From assembly GCA_014905635.1 (NCBI GenBank), contig CM026547.1, positions 3,410,001 to 3,474,000 on the forward strand: a stretch of DNA of 64,000 nt, given 5' to 3'. Below are positions 39,030 through 59,459 of this stretch, in pieces. Under the pieces are notes generated by a model. That model was given only the letters and a program-made list of their open reading frames with translations. It was not told where the DNA came from and searched no databases. Origin of the DNA: Scenedesmus sp. PABB004 (Eukaryota). Both the position numbers and the translations under genes were made by a program. Positions within the stretch are counted from its first letter, which is position 1. The number at the start of each line of letters is the position of its first letter.

Positions 39030-40073
39030 CTACTTGCGCGGCGGCGCGGCGGCGGCGGCGGCGGCCTCGACGTCGCCGGTGATGGGCGCGGCTGCGGGCG
39101 CCGCGTACGGCTCGGCCTCCACCTCGGCGTCGAGCGCAAAGCCGATCCAGACGAGGTTGAAGAAGATCGTCAGAATCTGGGGCGACACACACGGCGGCGG
39201 CGGGCGGCGCGCGCGTGGGCCCGCGCGGCGCAGCGGCGGGCCGGAACGAGAGCGCAGCGGCGAGCCAGCGCGCGGCGCGCGGCGCGCGGCGCGCGGCGCG
39301 CGGCGCACCCAGCCGGCGACGAGCGCAGCGGCGGACATGTAGAGCTTGGCCATGACGCCGGCCCACTCGTTGAACAGCTTGTGGGTGTCCCAGAAGAACC
39401 ACACGTCGGTCACGTTGTCGTTGACCGCCACCTGGGGGCACGGCGCGGACGGGCGCAGCGACGGGCGCGGGGTGAGCTGAGCTGACAGCAAGGTGCGGCG
39501 GGCCAGCGCGGCGAGGCGGCGGCCCCGCCGCGCCTCCGCGGCCCCCCCACGGCGGCGGCGCACCATGATGACGACCGTGGCGATGGAGAGCATGTTGGCG
39601 AGCGGGAAGCGCGCGCGCACGAGGCGGCTGGGGCACAGGGACACCACCACGCCCGAGGCCATGAGCGCAAACTGGAAGAACAGCGCGAACCACTCCCACC
39701 GCCACGAGCGCGAGCAGAGCGGCACGTCCATGCTGGCGGGCGAGCCGGCGGGCGGCACGCCCAGCACGGCGCCGATCGCGCCGACGACCGCGCCGCCGGC
39801 GGCGCCGGTGACGCCAAAGTTGTCGCCCAGGTTGGCGGTGATGTCGGCGACCGTCTTGGCGTGGTCCGAGCACACGAGCCTGCGGTCAACGACCGCGCGC
39901 GTGGTCGGCGAGCAGCGCCGGCGCGTGCCTGGTGCCGGCTGACGCTCCCGCGTTGCCCTTGAAACGCACCAGTTCATGGCGCCGAGGCCGCCCAGCGCGA
40001 TGACCCAGGAGAGGAGCGCGAGGCCGAGCAGCACGACGCTGCCCCAGCGCAGGCGAGCCACGCTGATCGCCAT
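39030..40073 (-). CDS. Four-TM membrane protein, LCI1/Sho1-like (paralogue 2)
   Basis: Four exons; clear paralogue of 32131-33070 with identical peptide VAVNDNVTDVWFFWDTHKLFNEWAGVMAKLYMSAAALVAGW. Confidence 0.8.
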   Translation of the reverse strand: MAISVARLRWGSVVLLGLALLSWVIALGGLGAMNWCVSRATRERQPAPGTRRRCSPTTRAVVDRRLVCSDHAKTVADITANLGDNFGVTGAAGGAVVGAIGAVLGVPPAGSPASMDVPLCSRSWRWEWFALFFQFALMASGVVVSLCPSRLVRARFPLANMLSIATVVIMVRRRRGGAAEARRGRRLAALARRTLLSAQLTPRPSLRPSAPCPQVAVNDNVTDVWFFWDTHKLFNEWAGVMAKLYMSAAALVAGWVRRAPRAARRAPRAGSPLRSRSGPPLRRAGPRARRPPPPCVSPQILTIFFNLVWIGFALDAEVEAEPYAAPAAAPITGDVEAAAAAAAPPRK

Positions 40074-40551
40074 GGCGCTCCTGAAGGGAGCACGGTGATG
40101 TGAAGTGGTCGTGGGCGGGCGGGCGGGGCGTGAACGCGCGCGGCGTGGGCAGGGCGGGCGGTCTTTGCCGGCGCACGCGCCAAGCCGCCGTTTGCGCTCG
40201 CGCGACAGCGAGCCCGCCAGCGAGACCCCGCGCCGCGCGGACGCGTCGAGAAGGGCATGATCAGTCCCGGGAGAGCCGCACCTGGTCGCGAGCGGCCGGT
40301 CGCGCGGGATGAGCAGCGGCGGTCGCGGGCGGCGGCGGCGGCGGGCTGCGGGCTGCGGGCCGGGGACCTGTGGTGCCGGACACAGCGCGGCTGGCGCAAG
40401 GGGCGGGCGACGAGCAGACGGGTGGGCGTCACAACCGCTCGCCTCCTCTGACCGCGCGCGTTGACCGGGGCGCCGCCCGCCGCCCCGCGCGCGCCGCCCG
40501 CCCGCGCGCGCCGCCCGCCCGTCCGTCCGCCCGTCCGCTCTCTCTCTCCCC

Positions 40552-41451
40552 TCACGCCGCGGGCGCGCCGATGGAGCGCGGCGCGACGATGTTGAGGCGC
40601 TGCGGCGGCGCGGCGCCGCTCTTGACGTCGACGATGAGGTAGAGGTACTCCCAGGCGCCGCCGGGGCCCTTGAACATGTCCGCGTTGACGATCGCGACGC
40701 CGCCGGGGCCGCGCATGTTGAACTGGAGCTGCGCCGCGCCGCGCCGCGCGGGCGGCGTGGGCGGCGCGAGGCGGGCGCAAGGCGCGGGGCGCCGCAGGCG
40801 CGGGCGCTGCTGGCGCGGCCAGCGGCGGCGCGGGCGGCGGCGGCGCACCCGCACGTGCTCCACGCCGTTGGCGTCCTTGTATACCTGGTGCGGGATCTGC
40901 TGCCGCTGCACCCGGCTCGCCGACTCCTGCCCGTAGCCTGCCCGGCAGCGGCGCGCGGGAGGGCGGCGGGGCGCATGGGCGCGCGCGCCCCCCACCGCGC
41001 GCCCGCCCGCCCTGCCGCCCGCTGCCGCCGCCGCGCGGGCGCACGCACCGACGATGTCGTTGCCGAGGCGCACGGTGACGCGGGGGTCGAGCTTGAGCTT
41101 GGCGAGCGTGGCGTTGAAGCAGGTCTGGTACGTGGGCTCCAGGATGAACTGCGTGACAAAGTTGTACACAAAAAACGCCAGCACCTGCGCGCGCCCAGCG
41201 CCGCGGGCGGCACGCGTGGGCGGCGCGCGCGCGGGCGCGGCGCAGCCGCGCCGGGGCCGCGCGCCGCCCCGCACCGCAAACGCGCCGACGATGACCACGC
41301 TGTACGACGCGCCCTCGACGAGCGTGACGGGCTTCTGGGGGATCTTGTCGGTGATGGCGTGCATCTTCTGCTCCGTGAGCTCCAGCGAGTCAAACGCCTG
41401 CGCGCCGCGGGGCGGGGCGGGCACGCAGCCAGCGGCGTCGGCGCGGCGGCG

Positions 41452-41510
<59 letters not shown>

Positions 41511-42030
41511 GCGGCTGCGCCGCTGGCCCCGGCGCCGCCCGCCGCGCCGCCCGCGCGCCCCGCACCTCTTCCTGCGGCGGCTGCTTGGCGGGTTGGCTGT
41601 CGGCCTCCTTGTGCGAGGAGCTGCTGAGGAAGCGCGCGGCGAGGCCCAGCTGCACGGGGAGCTGCAGCGCCGTGTCGGAGCAGGGCGCCGCGTCGGCGCG
41701 CGCGCGCTCGCACGCGGCGCAGAACAGCTGGGGCGCCGTGCCCGCTCCGCACCGCAATGTTGAGCGCCGCGTTGGGCTGGAAGGCCGCCGCCGCGGCCGC
41801 CGCGCCGCAGGCAATGTGCCGCGCCGCGAGCTGCTGCTGCTGCGCCGCCGCTGCGGGGCGCGCGGCCGCGCGCGGGTCAGCGGCCGGCAGTGCGCGGCAC
41901 CCGTCGGTCAGGGACGGCCCTGGCACGGCGCCGCACCTGCTGGCAGTCCGCCCGCGCGCGCCGGGGCGCCGCTGGCGGCCATTAGTCGGCAGAGCAGCAG
42001 CTGCGACGGCCGCGCCCGCAGCAGGCTCAT
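40552..42030 (-). CDS. TIM21: Mitochondrial import translocase subunit TIM21
   Basis: About seven exons. Arg/Leu presequence MSLLRARPSQLL, TM SYSVVIVGAFAVLAFFVY, DPRVTVRLGNDIVGYGQES, LQFNMRGP, WEYLYLIVDV. Confidence 0.88.
41452..41508 (+). repeat. (GCG)n microsatellite in TIM21 intron
   Basis: About 18 triplets. Confidence 0.9.
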
Positions 42031-42743
42031 CGCGGCCGCGCACACGCAAGCCCACGCGGGCGATCAAGTCACGCAGGCTTGCAACCGCAGCGGCGGAGGG
42101 CCGGGGCGCGCCGCGGGAGGCTGCTGCAGGCAGGATCGCGAGGAGGTTGGCGTTCTCCGCTGCAGCCGGGCTGGGTGTGGGTGCGAGCGGCTGCGTGCGC
42201 GCGCGCTGGGCGGTCCCGCGGCGCCAGGTGAGCGGCGGCGGGGCTCGGGCGCCGCTGCGCCGCCGCACCGCGCCGCGGGCGACGTGGCGACGTGGGCCGC
42301 GCGGACCGTCCACCCCGTGCGGCGCTCCTCCGCCCTTGCCCGCTCTGTCGGCTCACTCACGCCAGGCCCTCGCAGCGCCGCGCTGTCGCGGCGCCGCCGC
42401 TGGTGCCGCCCGCGCCGCCGCCGCCCGCGCCGTCGACACCGGACGGGCGGCCAGGAGCTCGCGGCGGACGGCTGGCTTGGCGAGCCGACTGGCGGGCTGC
42501 GCGCGCAGGCTGACCGCTTCGGCAGAGAGCAATTGCGGCGGGCGTTTGACGACGCGGCGGCGGCGGTGAGCCCTGCGTTGCGCCAGAGGCAGCGCCTTCC
42601 TCAGGCGGCTCGCTCACCGCCACCAACGTACACTTCTGCTGCTGAAGCGCCTTACCAGCAGCCCAGCGCGGCCACACGGCGCTGGACGGGCGCCCACCTC
42701 GCGGTGGTTGTCCGTGCTCAGCGAGCCCAGGGGCGGCCCGGCG

Positions 42744-44372
42744 ATGATGAAAAAAGCGATTGGACTGCTCCTACTCCTCGGTGAGTGCGGCTGCGCGAGT
42801 ACTCGCGGCCCAGGCGCGCGGCACTCGCGGCGAGCAGCAGTGTACGCGCTCGCCGCGCGCCGCGCCCCACGCGCTGCTTGCCCGGTCGCGACCGCTGCGC
42901 TGGCCTCGCGCGAGCTTTTCCGGCGCGGCAGCGCCCTCAGCGGGCCGACAGCGCGGATGGTCACCTGCAAGCGCTGCCCGCCGCCGCCGCAGGCGCGGCG
43001 GCGGCCGCGCGCACGCGGGCGGCCGCGAGCGCGCCCAGGGCCTGGTGGGGCACACGGGCGACCGACCGGTGCACGCCCTACGACGTTGGCAGCCACGGGA
43101 GCATGGACGCCATATGCACCAAGCTCGCCAACGCGACGCCCAAGCAGCTCGACGCCCTCTTCCTCGGCGCCGCGCCGCCCACGCCCGGGGAGGGCTTCCC
43201 GCTGCGCGGCTGCTCCTACGGCTGCCTCTCGGGCAGCAACGGCGTCGGCGCGACCGCGCGCCTGCCGCAGGCGCGCCGCGCGGGGGGCGACGGGCCCCCG
43301 CCGCGGCGGCCCGCCGCGCGCCCTCCCTCCCCGCCGCCGCCGCGCCCACGACGCCGCCGCCGCGCCCGCCGCCGCCAGGTCAACATGGGCTGGAGCGGCA
43401 AGTGCTTCAACTTTGACATCAACGCCACGACCGGCACGCCCACGAGCCTGCTCAACGCGTTTGCCCCGATGTACATGTACCCCTGCAACACCCAGGCCGT
43501 GCGCGTCAACGGCAGCATGACCGGCTTTGCCGGTGACCGCGCAGCACGGGGCGGCCGCGCGCGCACGGCCGCCGCCGCGGCGCGCCACGTGGCGTCGCCG
43601 CGCGCAGCCGCGCCCGCGGCTGCCGAGCCCGCCGCCGCCGGCGCCACGCGGCGCAGACGTGTACTGGGACCGCACGAGCCACAGCGACGGGCGGCCGGTG
43701 TGGACGTTCAACTACGCGCGCGCGGGGCCGCTGCAGCACCCGGCGGACGCGTACGTCGAGGTCAAGGGCATCCGGGACGAGGTCCGGCTCATCGCGCCCG
43801 GCTTCATGCTCGGTGCGCGCCCGCCGCACCCCGGCCGCGGCGCCGCGGCCGGCGCCGCGGCGGCGCCGCGCCGGAAGCGGCCGCTGGCCGCCGCGCGCCC
43901 GCGCGTCCGCCCACGCGCCCGGCCGGCGGCCCGTCCGCCCGTGTTCGGCCGCCGCAGGTCGCATGTACGTAATGAAGAAGGGCGAGGGCTTCTACATGCC
44001 CCTCTATTTCGCCCTCTTCCAGGCGGTGAGAGAGGGGTCGGCGGCGCGGCGCTGCCGCTGGGGGCGGCAGCGCGCGCGCAGCAAGCCCCGCCACTGCCGG
44101 GGCGCGGGGCTCGCCGAGCCGATGGCCGACGGCCGACGCCCGCGCCGCGCGCGGCCGCCACGCCGCAGTGCACCGCCAGCGGGCAGTTCCCGACCAAGCC
44201 CCAGGCGCGCGCGCTGCCGCCGCTCGCTGGCGTCCGACCGCGCGACGCCAGCCGCCGGCCCGCAGCGGGGTGCGTGACGAACGTCGACCTGCGCAGCGGC
44301 CCGTTCCCGGTGCAGCACGCGGTGCGTCCGCTCGACCCGCTGGGCACCAGGAGTTCCCGGGCGAACGGGTGA
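42744..44372 (+). CDS. Secreted protein of unknown function
   Basis: Six exons (donors 42782, 43271 GC, 43533, 43813, 44026). Signal MMKKAIGLLLLLG; core QLDALF...WSGKCF...SHSDGRPVWTFNY...IRDEVRLIAPGFMLGRMY...YFALFQ. TGTAA at 44652. Last exon uncertain. Confidence 0.75.
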
Positions 44373-44841
44373 CAGGGCAGCACGCCTGCGCCCTCCATCT
44401 GTCTCCAACGCACACGCTCCCAACGCACCTGACTGGGTGGCCTGCACAGCGCGCACGGACGCGGCTGCGCCGCCGGCACGCGCATGCGCCGACGAGTCAC
44501 TGCCTGTCGGTTCAATCTGTTCTCAGGCCAGCCACGCCTGTAGCGGGGCCCGGGGCTGGGGGACAGGGCTGCGCCAGCACGCGTCGGCCAAAGGGCAGGC
44601 TGCGTGGCTGCGGGATGCTGAAGTGAAGAAGTGGGGAGAAGACTTCACGCATGTAAACGCCTGGGCGGAGGCTGCCCGCTGCTCGTGCGGCCGTGTCGGC
44701 TGAGGGTCCCGGGCGGCCTGTGGGCGCAGCCGGTCCAGCGGGGCTCTGGCGGGCAATGTGGCGCGGCGCAGGGGCAACACGCAGTCTTACCCCCCGCGCC
44801 TGTGCGGCGCCGCTCGCCCTGCCCTCCCTCGCGCCGCTCCC

Positions 44842-53967
<9,126 letters not shown>

Positions 53968-54465
53968 GGGCGCCTTCTTGGCGCGCGCCGCGACGCGCAG
54001 GCCAGGCAGGCCGGGCGGGCGCGCGCCTCCGCGCCGGGCAGCGCCGCTGCCGCGAGCGAGCGGCTTCACAGACGCATCCTGCGGCGAGAGGGCGGCGCGA
54101 CCGGAGCGGCGCTGGGGCGGCAGGGGCGCAGGGGGAGCAGGAGGTGCGTGTTGGTGTGCGCAGCACGCAGCTGAGCCGCGCTCACCGCGCGCCCGGTGTC
54201 GCCGCCCAAAAGATTGGAGATCTCGTCGAGCATGCCCGCGCCGCGCCCTCTCGTCGCTCGGGGGCGTGCGCGGGGCGGCGCGCGGCGGCAGCGGCCGCGC
54301 GCCGGGGCGGCGGGGCCTGTGCTGCGGCTGCGACGGCTGTGACGCGCTGCGTACAGCGCGGGGGAGCTGTGGCGAATGCGGGGCGCTGCGGCGGCTGCAG
54401 CGGCGGCGACGACGGCGCGCGAGCGACGAGGTTTGAAAGTTCGGACGGCGCCGCCGGCGACGCTG

Positions 54466-55591
54466 CTACTCGCCGCGGTACACGGGCGGCCGCTTCTCGG
54501 CGAACGCCTTGAGCCCCTCGACCCGGTCCCGCGTGGGCAGCAGCTGGGCGTACAGCGCCTCCTCCAGCCGCAGCCCGCTCCCGAGGTCCAGGTCGGCGCC
54601 CTGGCCGATGGCCGCCTTGGCCGCGCGCAGCGACAGCGGCGCGCACTGCGTGGCACGTGGGCGGCGTGCGGGGGCGGCGGCGTGGGCGGCGCGGCACGCA
54701 GCCCCGCGCGCGCGCGCGCGCCTCGCACCCCCCGCGCCGCCGCGCCTGCGCGATGTCGCGCGCGAGCGCGAGCGCTCGCTCCATCGCGCGCCCCTCCTCC
54801 ACGCAGTGGTCCACCAGCCCCAGGCGCGCCGCCTCGGCGCCGCCCACGCGGCGCGCGGTGAAGACGAGCTCCTTGGCCGCGCCCAGGCCGACGAGGCGCG
54901 GCAGGCGCTGCGTGCCGCCCGCGCCAGGCATGATGCCGAGCCTCGCCTCGGGGAAGGCGAGCGACGCGGCCGTGGACGCGACGCGCAGGTCGCACGCGAG
55001 CGCGAGCTCCGCGCCGCCGCCGAGCGCGAGGCCCTCCAGCACCGCGACCGTCGGCATCGGGAGCGCCGCGACGTGGCTGAACGCGGCGCGCAGCGACGAC
55101 ACAAACTCGGCCGCCTCGGCCTGCGTCATGCCCGCGCGCTCCTGTGCGCGGGGTAGGAGGGGGTGTGACGGAGGGGGGTGCGCACGTGAGCAGGCGCCGG
55201 GCCAGCGCTGTCCCGCCGCCCCCATCTCCGCGCGCGCCGCGGGCGCGCCGCGCACCTTGAGGTCCGCGCCCGCTGAGAAGGTCCCCGGCACGCTGCTTTT
55301 GAAGAGCACGCAGCGCGTGGAGCGCTCCTGGCGCAGCACGTCGACCGCCTCGTGCAGCTCGCGCAGCAGCTGGCGCCCGATCGCGTTGCGCGCGGCCGGC
55401 CGCGTGAGGCTGACCACGCTCACGCCCTCGTGCTCGTCGCCCAGCGGCTCCACCTGGACCTGCAGCTCCGCCGTGCAGAGGGCACGCGGCGCGCCGCCGC
55501 CGGCGGCCGCGGCGCGCCGCAGCGCGGGCGCGAGGCGCAGCAGCAGCGCCGACGCGCCGCCGCCGCCGCCCGCGCGCAGCGCCGGCAGCAT
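54466..55591 (-). CDS. AUH: Mitochondrial enoyl-CoA hydratase, methylglutaconyl-CoA hydratase (AUH)-like
   Basis: Three exons. [73 protein letters not shown]. Confidence 0.92.
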
Positions 55592-55605
55592 GCTGCCCGC
55601 CGCCG

Positions 55606-55969
55606 TCACGTGCGCAGGGGCTTGAAGTTGGCGGGCGCGCGGCGCTTGAGGAAGGCGTACGCCAGCGGCAGGATCTGGCGCGCGCCCGGCAAGGGGGCGG
55701 GCGGGGCGGGACGGGCGGCCGCGTCGGCGGCGCCGCTCCCGCGCTGCGGTTTGGGCCGCTGGCGGCCGCTGGCGGCCGCCGCCGCTGCCGCCCGGGCTGC
55801 AACGAGCCGGGAAGAGGGGTCGCGACGCTGCCCCTGGCGCCGGGCGCCGGGCGCGCGCCGAGCGGCGCCAGCAGCAGCGCCACGCCGCCGCTGCGCGCCG
55901 CACCACGGCGACGCCGATGAAGACGAGCCCCGCGAGGTATCGCAGCGTTGACGGCGCCTGCACGGCCAT
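55606..55969 (-). CDS. Unannotated 44-aa single-TM protein immediately upstream of AUH
   Basis: Exon 55969-55904, GT-AG intron 55903-55675 and exon 55674-55606 give MAVQAPSTLRYLAGLVFIGVAVILPLAYAFLKRRAPANFKPLRT-stop. Confidence 0.7.
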
Positions 55970-56516
55970 CCAACCAGCGCTGTCTCCGGAACGCGCCGCT
56001 CTCCCTTGCTGCTGCCGCGCCCGCCGGGAGATGCTGCTGCTGCTGCGGCCTGCTGCGAGTCCGGCGGGGCAGTCCGCTGCGACCGGCGTGGCCCTGGTCG
56101 CGCGCTGGGCGCTGGGAGCGTGGCGCCCCGGGAGCTCGGCGGGTGCCAGGGCGCAGCGCAGCGCCGCCACGGACGCCGCTGAACGGGCGCCACGCGGGCG
56201 AGGTTCACGCGGTGGGAGTTTCATTGCTGCGGTCCCTGGAGCTGCTTGTGCAGCAGCTGCTGGTTTTTATTGCGCCGCCAAAAAATCGGCGCGACGGCGC
56301 GCGCGCGCATCTCGGCGCGGCGCGCCGCGGCCGTGCCGTCGCGGCGGCGGCAAGTCAGAGATGGTGCGTTTGCGCCAGCGAGCTACAACAGCGAGCTACA
56401 ACATAATGCATGCAATGTGCACTGCCGACTGCGGCTGACTGCAAGGATGCACACAACTGATCTGGCGGTGCTGCACAGGACACACAGGCCCGGCTTACGT
56501 TTGACCGCCGCGCGCC

Positions 56517-56676
56517 TCACTTCCACCAGGGCGTGAGGCCGAGGCTGTCCATGAGGTACCGGAGCTTGAACCACTCCAGGTTCATCCAGCTGTCGTCCAC
56601 CAGGCCGCCCGTGTCGCCTGCGCAGCGTGCGGCGCGCCGCGGCGGCGGCGGGCTCGGCAGGCGCTGTGCGCGGCGC

Positions 56677-56717
<41 letters not shown>

Positions 56718-59061
56718 CGCGGCCGCGCGCGGCCGCCGCGCGTGGGCGCGCAGAGGCGCTCGCCCGAGTTGGCGTTGTATGCCCAGTAGATCCAGTTGGG
56801 CACCGCCCGGTGCCCGCCGGTGTCGCCGGGGCCCTCCGCGTTGAGGTAGGCCGCGAGGTCGGCGAGGTGCGCGAGGTCCTCGGCCTCCTTGAACCGGCTG
56901 CCAAACTCGCCGACCACGACCGGGAACGTCGCGCACCTGCCGCCGCGCGGCGCGCAGTAGCCGGCCTTGTTGAGGTAGCCGAACGACTTGTCCAGGCTCT
57001 CCATCCACTCGGGGCCCTGCGCGGGGCGCCACGGGCGGGGTGGGCATCGCGCGGCGGGGTGGGGCGGGGGCGCGCTGGGCCAGGGCCGGGGGCGCGCTGG
57101 GCCAGGGCCGGGGGCGCGCTGGGCCAGGGCCGGGGGCGCGCTGGGCCAGGGCCTGGGCGCGCGCCCCTCGCGTGGCGCCGGGCACGCACCTTGTAGAAGT
57201 CGGTGCGGTGGCTCACGCTCGGGCCGTACCTGGAAACGGCGGCCGGGCGGCGGGGGCGGCAGCGTCGGCCGCGCGCGCGCGCGCCGCGCCGGCCGCTGCC
57301 AGCGCCCCGGCGGCGCGCTCGCGCGGCGCGGCGCCGCGCTCACAGGTGTGGGCTGATGACCACGCGGTCGAGGTAGGGCTTGGTCAGCAGGTCGGTGAAG
57401 AAGGGGTTTGCGTCGCTGAGCTTGTACTCGGCGATGATGTCCTTGTCCGTCACAAAGCCGTTGCCCCAGTTGAGCCCGCTGTAGTTGCCCTGCCCGCCGC
57501 CGTTGATAAAGTAAATCGGCGCGCCTGCGAGGAGGAGCGCCCCGGGCGCGGATCGGCGCCCGCGCGCGCGTCGGCACGGCGCGGCGCCGGCAGCGGGATC
57601 GGCAGCGCGCGCGCGCGGGGCGGCGGCGCGGCGGCGCGGCGGGCCGCAAAACCTGGGGTCATGTCCCAGAGCGCGTCCATCACGCCCTGGTACAGCTCGG
57701 TCATGCCGGCCTTGCCCTCGACCGGCTGCCAGCGCTGCCACTGGCTGTCGGGCTCGTTGAGGATGTCGACAAACACGCGGCCCACCAGGTCGCGCCGGAA
57801 GTTGGGCAGGCAGCTCACCGCCCCCCACACCTGCGCGGCGGCGCGCGCGCGCGCGCGCGCGCGCTGGGCGGCGGCGCCGGCGCCCGGGGAGGCGCGCCGG
57901 CGCGGCGAGGAAGGGCAGGCGCGGGGCGGCCGCCGCGGCCGCACCTTCTCCCAGGCGGCGACAAAGGCCTGCGCGTCGTAGGAGGTCTTCTCCATGCCCA
58001 TCGGGTGATAGTCTATCAGCACGTACATGCCTGACACCACCACACGCGCACCAGGCGGGCGGCGCGGCGGCGTCGGGGCGCTGCTGGGGCGCCCCGGCGG
58101 CGCCGCGCACAGCGCGCCTTGTCGCGGCGCGCCGCGCCCCCGCTGCTGGCAGCTGGTGCCGGGCGCGCACCCTGGCTGACGAACCACTGCACCGTCCAGA
58201 GGAACCGGTCCATCGTCGTGCCGCCGGCGGCGCCCGGGGGGATGTACTTGTTGCAGCTCCCGGGCTCCGGCACGCGCGGCAGCGGCACCGCGGGCGTCGG
58301 CGGCGCCTTGGTGATGCGGCCGGTGAAGGCGGGGTCGACCGTGCGGTTGGCCAGCTCCGCGAGGCTGCTCTCGTGCGTGCAGTAGCCCTGGATCGGCTGC
58401 GCCGGGCCGGCGAGGTCGTCAAACAGGAAGGGCAGGCGCACGGTGTTGAAGCCGAGCAGCTGGAACTGCCACGCGATGGCCGCAAAGTCGCTGTTCGCCG
58501 AGGCCTGGCCCGCCCAGAGGCCGTTGAGGAAGGTCATGCGGTTGTTGAAGCCGACTGTGTGGTGTGCGCGCGGCGGCGGGCGCGCTCGGCGGCCGCGCCC
58601 GCCAGCCGCGCGCTGCGCGCTGGGCGCCGCGCGCCGCGCGCCGCGACGTACACCAGTTGACGCCATGAATCGCGACCTCAGTGCCGTCGGGGGTCACAAA
58701 CTTGTCGCCCTTGAGCGTCAGCGGCGGCGCCGGCTTGCCGCGCGGCGGTTGCTCTGCGCGCGGCGCGGGGCGGTTGCGCGCGCGGCGCCGGCGGTGCGCC
58801 GCGAGCGCCCTGCTGCGTGTGTGACCGCTCACCGTAGGACACGCCGCCGGTGGGGCAGTAGTCGGCGATGCGGCGCGAGTGGTTGGCGCGCGGCGCGTGC
58901 GCCGGCGGCGCCGCGGGCGTGCGTCCGCGCCGGTGGTCCGGCCGCGCGTGCCCCGCGCCGCTGGCCGCGCCGCGCGCTGGGCCTCCGCGTGCCGCAGCGG
59001 CGACCGTCAGGCCCATGGTCAGCAGCAGGGCCAGGGCAGCGAGCCTGCGGGGGCGCGCCAT
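56517..59061 (-). CDS. Secreted glycoside hydrolase family 5 (cellulase-like)
   Basis: Nine exons. Signal peptide; HGVNWFGFNN, LLGFNTVRLPF, YVLIDYH, DILNEPD (acid/base Glu), SPHLYGPS, VVVGEFGS (nucleophile Glu), YWAYNANSGDTGGLV. Confidence 0.92.
57066..57153 (+). repeat. 22-bp minisatellite x4 in GH5 intron
   Basis: GGGGGCGCGCTGGGCCAGGGCC four times in perfect tandem. Confidence 0.95.
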
Positions 59062-59459
59062 GACCGGGATTGCCGCGGCCCGTCCACCTGCGCTGCGCTC
59101 GCGGCGTTGCGGCCAGCCCCCGAGCACTTTCTAGAGTTTGCGGACTACTCGTCCTGAGCTCGGCGCCGCTCGGGGTGTGCGTGCGGGCCGCGGCGGGGGG
59201 GCGCAGTAGCGGCGGCGCCGCGGCGTGACCGTGTGCCCTGCGCCCTGCTGCCGGTCCGCTTGCTGCCCCCGAGCCCTCCATACAGCGTCGCGGACGGTCT
59301 CGATCACCTCGCGCAGCAGCTTGCCGCGGTGGGCGCGGCCGCGCGCCCGCCGCCGCAGCACGCCGCGCGCCCACCGGCACGGCACGCCGCGCGCTCCTGT
59401 CAGCACTTGCATGCTCCTTGCAGCGCACGACACCCCTGTCCGCTCCCCGAGGCAGCGCC

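Noticed and set aside
57066..57153. Direct repeats as a CRISPR array
   Set aside because: No spacers, intronic, eukaryotic context, no cas genes.
58556..58651. Apparent frame break in GH5 at HGVNW
   Set aside because: Using the GTACGT donor two bases further on gives NW-F-GFNN in frame.
59131..59412. ORF MQVLTG...KLLREVIETVRDAVW between YbeY and GH5
   Set aside because: Only a short stretch looks protein-like; no motif or splice support; most likely UTR or promoter.
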